52,328 bases of DNA from a virus, in the IMG/VR virus record IMGVR_UViG_3300003311_000001, positions 1 through 52,328 of that record, one strand, 5' to 3'. A program made the translations under genes and the position numbers. Below are positions 34,368-42,407 of the stretch, piece by piece (position 1 is the stretch's first letter; every line of letters begins with the position of its first letter). The notes beneath the pieces were generated by a model, which saw only the letters and a list, made by a program, of their open reading frames with translations, was not told where the DNA came from and searched no databases.

Positions 34368-34631
34368 ATGCCTCACATTCAATTAGAAGTAAACGGAGTA
34401 AGCGAAACAGCAACCACGCCAAACGAATTGTTTGATTATATAAACACGCCACATTCTGACGTATGGATTATACTTCCAGATGGCGATCATTCAGTGGTTG
34501 ATATGATCAGCGACACAACAAACAGAAAAGAAGTTAAGCAGTTTTTTAAAGACTATGCCAATGAGGAAACGGTAGATTCTGAGTACGACCTTTACAAAAA
34601 ATATGGCATAAAGCCTAGCTATTTTTCATAG
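34368..34631 (+). CDS. Small acidic protein, probable paralog family member 3
   Basis: 87 aa. The C-terminal motif DG...N.KEVKQFFKDYA resembles DG...NQEKAKTTINEWIA in member 2. Confidence 0.55.
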   Translation: MPHIQLEVNGVSETATTPNELFDYINTPHSDVWIILPDGDHSVVDMISDTTNRKEVKQFFKDYANEETVDSEYDLYKKYGIKPSYFS

Positions 34632-34652
34632 ATAGCAGCATTATTTCAGATC

Positions 34653-34686
34653 AAGCCAAAGTCGTGAAAATGGCTTTGGCTTTTTT
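34653..34686 (+). terminator. Intrinsic terminator
   Basis: aagccaaag pairs with ctttggctt (9 bp), followed by T6. Confidence 0.7.
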
Positions 34687-34737
34687 ACATCCAACCTTTT
34701 AAATAAACACAAATTCACAACACTAAACAATATATTC

Positions 34738-34977
34738 ATGGCTAATATTAGAATTAGATTCGGCAATAAAAAATTTAATGGAATGAGGAGTTTTTTAAAC
34801 CACATTTCAAAAAAATATGAGAGGTTCATCATAACCGATGATGAGCGCGAAGCTATAAATTATTTCAGGCATCATTACAATAGTGAATGGATCAATAGGA
34901 ATACCTTCGTTGATGCCAGTGGCAGGGAAAAATTATTTTACACTCAAGAACGAAAAAGAACTGGAGGCTGGAAATAA
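34738..34977 (+). CDS. Hypothetical protein
   Basis: 79-aa ORF. Confidence 0.5.
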   Translation: MANIRIRFGNKKFNGMRSFLNHISKKYERFIITDDEREAINYFRHHYNSEWINRNTFVDASGREKLFYTQERKRTGGWK

Positions 34978-34980
34978 GTT

Positions 34981-35265
34981 ATGGCAGATTTAAATTTACT
35001 AGAAGCTGTTGAGTGGAGCGAGATGCACCTTACTAGTATAGTCTCTAAAACTGATAGGGTAGATTTTAATTACAAACAAAGCTCAGGCGAAACACATGAG
35101 CTTTGTCCGTACCAGTCTGGTAACAGGGTCTATCTTGAAAGCTTACAGCCACTACAAAAGACTGGTAAAACATTTCAATACAGCGCCGATATCAGTCATT
35201 CATTTGATTTACTAGAGCAGTGGCTTGATAACGCGATGTATGCATTTATAGCAATTATTTGTTAA
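34981..35265 (+). CDS. Hypothetical protein
   Basis: 94-aa ORF. Confidence 0.5.
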   Translation: MADLNLLEAVEWSEMHLTSIVSKTDRVDFNYKQSSGETHELCPYQSGNRVYLESLQPLQKTGKTFQYSADISHSFDLLEQWLDNAMYAFIAIIC

Positions 35266-35292
35266 TACACACAATACAAAATTCATAACGGA

Positions 35293-35901
35293 ATGGAAGC
35301 AGAATTTAATATGAATCTTAAAGGGCAATCAACCAAAGCTTATGCTGTTGATGTAACCCTCACAAACCTAAGTACATTTGAAGATTTTGAGAAAGCAAGG
35401 GAATACCTGCATTCAGCTTGGAAGGCGGTAAACGGGGAAGCTTATGGCAAAAATAATGATGTTCCAGTAGAGCCCTCAATTGACGTGCTAAAACAGTTCT
35501 ATGAAAAAAACACGCAGGCGCCTGACTGTCTAACTGTAGATAAGGTAGTAGCTAACATGGATGCCTTAAGGTCAAGAAACAATAAATTAGCACTTGACAT
35601 ACTCAATGAAATAGTGGGTATACTTAAGTATTTCAAGTTATCTAATAACCCATTATTGCCTGAGTCATTCAAGGTCATATTGCCACGATCGGCTTTTACG
35701 CAGCTTAATCGCTGTGAGCAAATAACTGTTTGCAGTGATGGTTACATATCCTACATAGGAAATAGATATTTAATATCTGAAGTTGACGGATGGACATCCA
35801 AAGGTATATCAACCCTTGTAGACGTTTACGTACATTGGTATGATGAAATATGTACCAAATCTGGGGAACACATATTGACATATCATGAGTCATCCGAATA
35901 A
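35293..35901 (+). CDS. Hypothetical protein
   Basis: 202-aa ORF preceded by TTCATAAC (35282..35289). Confidence 0.55.
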   Translation: MEAEFNMNLKGQSTKAYAVDVTLTNLSTFEDFEKAREYLHSAWKAVNGEAYGKNNDVPVEPSIDVLKQFYEKNTQAPDCLTVDKVVANMDALRSRNNKLALDILNEIVGILKYFKLSNNPLLPESFKVILPRSAFTQLNRCEQITVCSDGYISYIGNRYLISEVDGWTSKGISTLVDVYVHWYDEICTKSGEHILTYHESSE

Positions 35902-35902
35902 A

Positions 35903-36118
35903 ATGCCCCTAAGCTTTGTAAGCGAAGGCTACATACCACAAGATGCTTTTTTGGTGTTCTTGGATGATAAAACAGAAGTGGAGGTTTATTTACAAGGCAA
36001 TGGTTGGGTTAGCATTGACAATGAATGTTATAAACAGCATTCAAACATTGTTAATATCAGAGTCAAAGGGGTATTTAAGCCTAATTACAAAAAACATGGG
36101 GGTATGTATGATTTATGA
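35903..36118 (+). CDS. Small protein, tandem paralog A
   Basis: Shares QDA[FY]L.F...L..NGWV[ST]I...I.V.G with 36115..36345. An alternative start lies at 35885. Confidence 0.5.
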   Translation: MPLSFVSEGYIPQDAFLVFLDDKTEVEVYLQGNGWVSIDNECYKQHSNIVNIRVKGVFKPNYKKHGGMYDL

Positions 36119-36345
36119 GTGTTCCAATAAAAGCCTCTTACTCTTACTTCCATGCTGGCAACAACAAACAGGATGCTTACCTAGAATTTGTAAGTGGGTA
36201 TCAGATGCGTATAGGTTTACATTATAATGGCTGGGTAACTATATCGGGAGGTGATTTTATGCAAGATCATATGACCAAAAGCATTAGAGTTGGTGGTATT
36301 TATGATAGTAATCTTTCGTATGTGAAAAGCATTTGGTTTTTATAA
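36115..36345 (+). CDS. Small protein, tandem paralog B
   Basis: ATGA overlap with paralog A. Confidence 0.5.
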   Translation: MSVPIKASYSYFHAGNNKQDAYLEFVSGYQMRIGLHYNGWVTISGGDFMQDHMTKSIRVGGIYDSNLSYVKSIWFL

Positions 36346-36406
36346 AATGTGCAAAATACCTATATTAGTAGTCCGTAGTATTATTACCTTTGAGTTTCGC
36401 AACGTG

Positions 36407-36434
36407 ACCTGTACATTTATTTGTACAGGTTTTT
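36407..36434 (+). terminator. Intrinsic terminator abutting the next promoter
   Basis: acctgtaca pairs with tgtacaggt (9 bp), followed by T5. Confidence 0.6.
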
Positions 36435-36435
36435 G

Positions 36436-36443
36436 TATATTTG
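36436..36443 (+). promoter_or_regulatory. -7 box TATATTTG, 4 nt upstream of the gpJ-like start codon
   Basis: tgtatatttggcatATGgca; ATG at 36448. Confidence 0.5.
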
Positions 36444-36447
36444 GCAT

Positions 36448-38157
36448 ATGGCAACACAACAAGATCAGTCACAATATTTTAAGATAACTGTAGATCAGCT
36501 GGAGGCTGAAATAAAACAGCAGGCAAAGTTCTTGTTGCCTGAGATTACCAACCAAACCGACGATGTGTTAATACGGGGGTATCAGGTACACCTTAATATC
36601 CTAGAACGCATGATACTTTGGATAAACCTGCTGGCTCGTGAATCGCAACCTGCAACGGCACTATTGTTTCGATCACAAATAGCAAGTGCACAAAGCTTTG
36701 ATTATAGAGTGCAAGGCGCAAAGCCAGAGCGTGTAGAGGTTACGTTTACCTTTGACATAAATCATACATCTGATTTTTTAATACCTGCGGGAACGTTGGT
36801 AAGCGATGAGGATAACACAAGCGTGTTTAGAACTGTGCAGGATGCTACCATAGCACAAAACACAGCTTTTGTAAAGGTGTTGGCAGAGCAAAAAGAAATC
36901 GTGCAACCAATAGCCCCTATTGCCCAAACCACAGGTGATAAATTTCAAGTAGTGCCAGTAACTTTAAACGATGAGGGATTCTTTATAGTAGATAATAGTA
37001 TACTTGCTACTATTGCTGGCAACACTTATGTGCCAATAGATAGCTTTTTCTTTGCCGAGGAAGATAGTTTAGTATTTATACAGCGAATTAATCAGTTTGG
37101 ATTAACTGAAATTTTACTAGGCGATGGCATCAACGGAGTTTTGCCAGCATCAGGAGTAGATATAAACGTATCTTACTTTAAGACTCAAGGTACGTCTGGC
37201 AGGGTAGCCGCTGGGCAAATAGATACCATCATAAGCACCTTGCCCCCACCAGTGGGTATAACACTAACCGTAACCAATGAACTAGAATCTGCTGACGGCG
37301 CACAACCTCAAACTACTGAAGATTTACGGAGAATATTACCAAGGTTACGCAATACAAACGAGCGCGGGGTTACGTTGCAAGATTTCAAAGACCTTGCTGA
37401 ATCATTCCCGCAAGTGGCAAAAGCTGCAGTAGTAGAAACGCCATCGGTGCAAAATACAGATGTGAATGTCTACTTTATACCCACAAGCGGCGACTTGCCA
37501 AGCGCACAGCTTATATCTGATCTCAATGATTATATGCAACTTAGGAAAATAATTGGCATAAACTTGGGTGTTTTAGCTGCGGGACGTATTGACGTACTGC
37601 TTGAGTTTGATCTAATAGTTGATAGTGGCTTCAATCAAACGGAGGTTGTAAACAATGTGGTAAACTCTCTTGAGCTAATCACAGACATAAACAATCAGGA
37701 TAGCCCAGTGGAGATTGGCGGGGAACTTGGCAGTGATGACATAATAGACGCGCCACGCGATGTCGCAGGGGTGAAAAGGTTTATACTCAAGGTATTTAGT
37801 CTCAGACCGTTTGCCCGACCACTAACAGGCAAGACTCTAAACTGGGATGTGGAAATGCTTTCGGGGTCCACAACTCAAAGTAGATTTTTGATCATATTCC
37901 AGACAACCAATAATTTTGATGTCATTCAAAATGAATTGGCGGTGGCAACCAATCAAAATGTGGGTGACGTCGTGAATATAAATGGCGTAGTTGAGTTTGT
38001 TATAAACTCCCCTTACGTTGCACAGGACGTTTGGGAGTTCTACACCTACCCTTACTTAGGAGATCGCAATGGGGTATACTCCCTAGCAGAGCCTAGTTTT
38101 TTCAACATAAGCCAAGACAATATGAATATAAATGCATCTGGCGGGATAACAGCGTAG
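36448..38157 (+). CDS. Baseplate J-like protein
   Basis: Baseplate_J-like core DGAQPQTTEDLRRIL...GVTLQDFKDLAESFPQVAKAAVVE...VNVYFIP. Confidence 0.7.
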   Translation: MATQQDQSQYFKITVDQLEAEIKQQAKFLLPEITNQTDDVLIRGYQVHLNILERMILWINLLARESQPATALLFRSQIASAQSFDYRVQGAKPERVEVTFTFDINHTSDFLIPAGTLVSDEDNTSVFRTVQDATIAQNTAFVKVLAEQKEIVQPIAPIAQTTGDKFQVVPVTLNDEGFFIVDNSILATIAGNTYVPIDSFFFAEEDSLVFIQRINQFGLTEILLGDGINGVLPASGVDINVSYFKTQGTSGRVAAGQIDTIISTLPPPVGITLTVTNELESADGAQPQTTEDLRRILPRLRNTNERGVTLQDFKDLAESFPQVAKAAVVETPSVQNTDVNVYFIPTSGDLPSAQLISDLNDYMQLRKIIGINLGVLAAGRIDVLLEFDLIVDSGFNQTEVVNNVVNSLELITDINNQDSPVEIGGELGSDDIIDAPRDVAGVKRFILKVFSLRPFARPLTGKTLNWDVEMLSGSTTQSRFLIIFQTTNNFDVIQNELAVATNQNVGDVVNINGVVEFVINSPYVAQDVWEFYTYPYLGDRNGVYSLAEPSFFNISQDNMNINASGGITA

Positions 38158-38187
38158 CACACATACACAATTACCAATAACTTAAAA

Positions 38188-38217
38188 GGGTAGCTTATTT
38201 TGGGCTACCCTTTTTTT
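38188..38217 (+). terminator. Intrinsic terminator
   Basis: gggtagc pairs with gctaccc, followed by T7. Confidence 0.7.
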
Positions 38218-38232
38218 GTTATTAATTATTTA

Positions 38233-38248
38233 TATGTATATTTGCATA
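38233..38248 (+). promoter_or_regulatory. Perfect 16-mer promoter
   Basis: Exact TATGTATATTTGCATA. The -33 TTTG (38215..38218) is supplied by the terminator T-run. Confidence 0.65.
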
Positions 38249-38276
38249 ACACTAATTTTACATTGATCTAAATATT

Positions 38277-39122
38277 ATGATTCCTACATTAAAAGATTAC
38301 GACCTTATAATTTTAAACAGTAGCGGTGGTAAAGATTCACTTGCTGCAAAGTATGAAGTTGCTAGAATAGCTAAAGATCAGGGCTACCCATTAGAAAAAA
38401 TTATCGTATCACATCAATGCCTTGGCGAATCCGAGTGGAAGGGCACAAAAGAATTGGCAAAAAAACAAGCCGATTTGTTTGGGTTTGGTTTCATAGTGAG
38501 TAAAAGGAGAGACAAGGACGGGAAAGAAGAAACTCTACTTGAATATGCTGAAAGGCGTGGTAAGTTTCCTAGTTCAAAACAAAGATGGTGTACAAGCGAC
38601 TTCAAACGAGCACCAGGGGGCAGGGTTGTAACCAAACTTACCAAGGAAATGACAGGTCATATACACATATTGTATGTGTTTGGATTTAGAGCAAGTGAAA
38701 GCCCTGCCAGATCAAAAAAAGAAGTATTTTCTTTGAATACCAATTTATCAATCACCAAACGTAGGTTGCCAAAGGCAGGACACAAGCCCAGAAAATTGAA
38801 GAAAGAAAGGTATGTATGGGATTGGCTTCCGATACATGCTTGGGATGACCAAAAAGTTTGGGATACCATACATAATAATAATTTACCATACCATAAAGCG
38901 TATGATCTGGGTATGCCTAGGCTATCTTGCGTATTTTGCATATTTGCCCCAAAAAATGCATTATTATTGGCAGCTATACATAACCCCGAGCTTTATGAAA
39001 AGTATGTGGCTGTGGAGAAAAAAATAAAACACAAATTCAAACCTGATCTTAGCCTTGAATCTTTGAAGGATGATATTAAATCAGGATGCACACCCAATTC
39101 AATATCAAGCTGGAAAATGTAA
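38277..39122 (+). CDS. PAPS reductase / PP-loop ATP-pyrophosphatase family protein (DndC/SspD-like fold)
   Basis: PP-loop NSSGGKDS, then GFRASESPARS, then WDWLPIHAWDDQKVW...LPYHKAYDLGMPRLSCVFC. Confidence 0.75.
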   Translation: MIPTLKDYDLIILNSSGGKDSLAAKYEVARIAKDQGYPLEKIIVSHQCLGESEWKGTKELAKKQADLFGFGFIVSKRRDKDGKEETLLEYAERRGKFPSSKQRWCTSDFKRAPGGRVVTKLTKEMTGHIHILYVFGFRASESPARSKKEVFSLNTNLSITKRRLPKAGHKPRKLKKERYVWDWLPIHAWDDQKVWDTIHNNNLPYHKAYDLGMPRLSCVFCIFAPKNALLLAAIHNPELYEKYVAVEKKIKHKFKPDLSLESLKDDIKSGCTPNSISSWKM

Positions 39123-39161
39123 ACACCTAAAATAAATATTCATAACTATACCTTTTAAATT

Positions 39162-39398
39162 ATGTTGAACGAATTAAAAAACATACTTGAGAAAATACAA
39201 GGCAACCAATTGAGCCTAATTGCCACAAAAGGCAACCCACAGGCTACCGACAAATTGATAACTGACAACAGGAAACTTTGGGCAGAATACAATTCTAAGT
39301 TTGCCAAGTGCTTCAATGTAACACCTACTGATGTTTCTAATATACCTATCTCAGACCTACAACGTAGATTGACCAATATTAAGAACATCAGCAAATAA
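39162..39398 (+). CDS. Hypothetical 78-aa protein
   Basis: ORF in the same cassette. Confidence 0.5.
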   Translation: MLNELKNILEKIQGNQLSLIATKGNPQATDKLITDNRKLWAEYNSKFAKCFNVTPTDVSNIPISDLQRRLTNIKNISK

Positions 39399-39410
39399 AC
39401 CTTTTAGATT

Positions 39411-40352
39411 ATGACTCAAGAAAAAAGAAAGCTCCTAGTTATTGAAAATGATATGACTATGGATTTTGAAAACAGGCACGAAGCCGTTGGTAACTTCATT
39501 GAAAAATGGAAAGCCCAGCACGAAACAACTAAGGATAATATTACCTATCTTACCAATGCCAAGCACGCGAGCGAAACGGACATAGTTGGCAAGATTATGA
39601 ACACGGATGATATTGCACTGCAAACTGCCTTTGTGAATGGTAGCGAATTACAGCTCATACAGTTCGCTATGGTTCTCGCTGGTATCAATGCTACAAAAAA
39701 CATTTATATATTTTATGGCGATGGCATTGGCAGTAAAATAGTTGAACATCTTTCTGACGAGGACATTTATAATGTAAAGCATCATAAAATTTACAAGCTT
39801 GGTTATTTTGGAGATGTTGAAAAAATTGATTTTGGTGGAATTATAAAAGGCTATGAGGTCAAACTTAAAGCCATCCAAAAGCAAAAGAAGTGGGAAAAGC
39901 AATATAAAGCTGATGCCGTAAACCGTCAGACAGGCACGCAAGTAAAGGTACTTACTTGCACTGCTGGCTTTGATGTACCAATAGGTCAGGTGGTAGATGT
40001 ATTAGATATGTTGGATATGGACAACGAGCCACACCTAGGCGTATGGATTGCAGGTAAAGAAGAACCTGTAAAGCTAGTAAACCTAAGGGGTATACATGAG
40101 TATGAGGTAGTACCGAAAACTTTTGATTTTGAAGAACTGGTAACGTGTGTTTTTGGTGTTTTTGGCTTGAATGGCGAGCACATGAAGTACAAATATTATC
40201 AGGTAATTGATCTTTTGGAAAACCGAAACAAAAACCCTAACGTAGATACCGATATATGTGACGTGCTCGAGTTCCCACGCAGGGGGTATAGGCATAAGCT
40301 TACCAATGTATTATACAATTTTGACCAAAATAGAGGAAAGGCAAACACGTAA
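39411..40352 (+). CDS. Hypothetical 313-aa protein (no family recognised)
   Basis: ORF in the same cassette, followed by a terminator. Confidence 0.55.
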   Translation: MTQEKRKLLVIENDMTMDFENRHEAVGNFIEKWKAQHETTKDNITYLTNAKHASETDIVGKIMNTDDIALQTAFVNGSELQLIQFAMVLAGINATKNIYIFYGDGIGSKIVEHLSDEDIYNVKHHKIYKLGYFGDVEKIDFGGIIKGYEVKLKAIQKQKKWEKQYKADAVNRQTGTQVKVLTCTAGFDVPIGQVVDVLDMLDMDNEPHLGVWIAGKEEPVKLVNLRGIHEYEVVPKTFDFEELVTCVFGVFGLNGEHMKYKYYQVIDLLENRNKNPNVDTDICDVLEFPRRGYRHKLTNVLYNFDQNRGKANT

Positions 40353-40390
40353 TCTTTTTTTATTCATAATAATTTAGTTTAAGTGTAAAA

Positions 40391-40421
40391 GGCTGGTGAA
40401 TTTTTCACTGGTCTTTTTTTT
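40391..40421 (+). terminator. Intrinsic terminator
   Basis: ggctggtgaa pairs with ttcactggtc (10 bp, including G-U pairs), followed by T8. Confidence 0.6.
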
Positions 40422-40446
40422 GCACAAAACTTAAACTGAGTATTGC

Positions 40447-40454
40447 TATATTTG
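40447..40454 (+). promoter_or_regulatory. -7 box TATATTTG, 3 nt upstream of the gpI-like start codon
   Basis: gctatatttgcatATGgca; ATG at 40458. Confidence 0.5.
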
Positions 40455-40457
40455 CAT

Positions 40458-42407
40458 ATGGCAAAATCTTATTTAGACCTTGGGTACTTGTTTAGCTTGC
40501 TTGGCTCCTACTTCGTAGAGAACGACGGGCTAAAAAACTTTGATCCTGAAAACCTAGACAGGGGAACAATGGAACGTTACCTAACTGTATTAGATGAACA
40601 GCTTTCGCAAAAGTTTTTCCCAAAGTTGATTGATGCCCCATTTGCATTAAGAGGTGGCATCAATGCAGATGAGAATATGGTAGGTATTATAGAACAAAGT
40701 TGGGGCATACAAACCCCACTCTATGATGACACCGAAATACGCAAAAAGATGTCAGGCTACCTACTTACCATATCGCAATGGAAAGGAACAAAGAAAGCCT
40801 TATGCTTCATGTTGTCGCAATTAGGCTTTCAAGGCTGTGAGGAACAAGAAACGTACTTCAGCGGTGGATTTGACTCCATACCATTTGATAGCCCATCCTT
40901 TGATGGTGTAGAAGGTTTTTTTGCCCAGTACGACATAGCCTTGACATCATCGCCACCAGTGGTAATAACTCCTGATGTATTTAATCAAATATTCAGAATA
41001 ATTACATTTAATCAACCCGCATTCGTGCAACTGGTAAGGCTTACGCATAACGGGGTACTCATATTTAATGCACTGGGCGATGTTGAGACTATATTTAAAA
41101 CAGTTAAATCGGGTACCCAAGTAGTACGCATAACATCAAATATAGAGCAAACTATACTGATTGATTACAAGGATACGGATACCCAAGAGACGCAAACAGG
41201 GCTATTGTTTGAATTTACCAATACGTACCCAGACAATACCGAGAAACAATTTGACATAGTGTTCGCCAATGAAACCATTATTACAGCACTTGACTTTAGT
41301 CAATCAGAGCTATCAGATAACTTTGATATTGCCAAGTTCCTTATATTAGAGTCATTCAAAGCAACCTACAATAAGAACCTACTAAATATTACTCTTGATC
41401 AACTGGTTATCTTTGACCTAGATTTAACTATACTAAGTACTGGAAATGTATTAAACGTTACTAGTTGCCCCCAACTAGAACAAGCTGTATTAGTTGCCAA
41501 TGATGCAAATGTAACCATCAGCAATAATCAGAATATGAAAAAGGTAGATGTTTCGGGTGTTGGCACGCTATCTGTCGATACATTGGCTGCAAATAGTACT
41601 GAATTGGAGTTTATAATTAGGACTTATTCAATAAATGGTTTCGCATTTTTCGACGGTGTAACGATTTTGAATACAACTATTTTAAGATTATTAAACATAA
41701 CCTTTACAGGCGCTACAATAGACCTTACTAGCTTCACGAATGCGGGACTTATAGAGGTTCGGTTAGATGACCCATCACAAAAAGCTTTCATCGCCAATAC
41801 CTCAAACCTTAAAGAGTTCATAGGTATAAACACTGGTGCAGAAAGTGCCTATACCCTTGACATTGCCAGCATTGAAAAACTGACCCTAAGTAAGCAAACA
41901 ACACCAGCATCAATTGTCTCGTTTACCGTGCTTACCGATATTACATTTATAGGCGAGAAAAGTATAAATATAGATTCCTGCCCATTGCTAGAATCTATTA
42001 CGGCAGAAGGTGCAAATATAGGTAGCGTGGTAGGTGACGCAATATCACTCAATAATTTGCCAAACCTTAATGCATTATATTTACAAGCAAATGTGTTAGG
42101 TGATTTTAACCCTGGCAACAATGCGGGTGTTATAATACCAGTGCTTTCTAATTTTAAAAACCTGATAGCCGTAGACCTAAGAAAATGTAACTTGTCAGAG
42201 GCAAACATTGATTTGATAATATCTGATATACTCAATGCAGAACAAACGGCAGGGGATGAGTTTTTAAATGATACTGGCAAATCGCTAGATGTATCCAACA
42301 ACACAACTTTAAGCGCTGGGCTAAACAACGCAATGCCAACGCCTGCAACGATTATTAAAATAGATACTTTAGAAAGTTCATACGGGTGGACAATTAATTA
42401 TAGCTAA
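40458..42407 (+). CDS. Baseplate wedge gpI-like N-terminal domain fused to a long leucine-rich-repeat-like region
   Basis: The N-terminus resembles P2 tail protein I (ERYL..LDEQ...QWKGTKKAL.FMLSQLGF). The C-terminal ~400 aa has repeated L..L.L/N-type units. Confidence 0.5.
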   Translation: MAKSYLDLGYLFSLLGSYFVENDGLKNFDPENLDRGTMERYLTVLDEQLSQKFFPKLIDAPFALRGGINADENMVGIIEQSWGIQTPLYDDTEIRKKMSGYLLTISQWKGTKKALCFMLSQLGFQGCEEQETYFSGGFDSIPFDSPSFDGVEGFFAQYDIALTSSPPVVITPDVFNQIFRIITFNQPAFVQLVRLTHNGVLIFNALGDVETIFKTVKSGTQVVRITSNIEQTILIDYKDTDTQETQTGLLFEFTNTYPDNTEKQFDIVFANETIITALDFSQSELSDNFDIAKFLILESFKATYNKNLLNITLDQLVIFDLDLTILSTGNVLNVTSCPQLEQAVLVANDANVTISNNQNMKKVDVSGVGTLSVDTLAANSTELEFIIRTYSINGFAFFDGVTILNTTILRLLNITFTGATIDLTSFTNAGLIEVRLDDPSQKAFIANTSNLKEFIGINTGAESAYTLDIASIEKLTLSKQTTPASIVSFTVLTDITFIGEKSINIDSCPLLESITAEGANIGSVVGDAISLNNLPNLNALYLQANVLGDFNPGNNAGVIIPVLSNFKNLIAVDLRKCNLSEANIDLIISDILNAEQTAGDEFLNDTGKSLDVSNNTTLSAGLNNAMPTPATIIKIDTLESSYGWTINYS

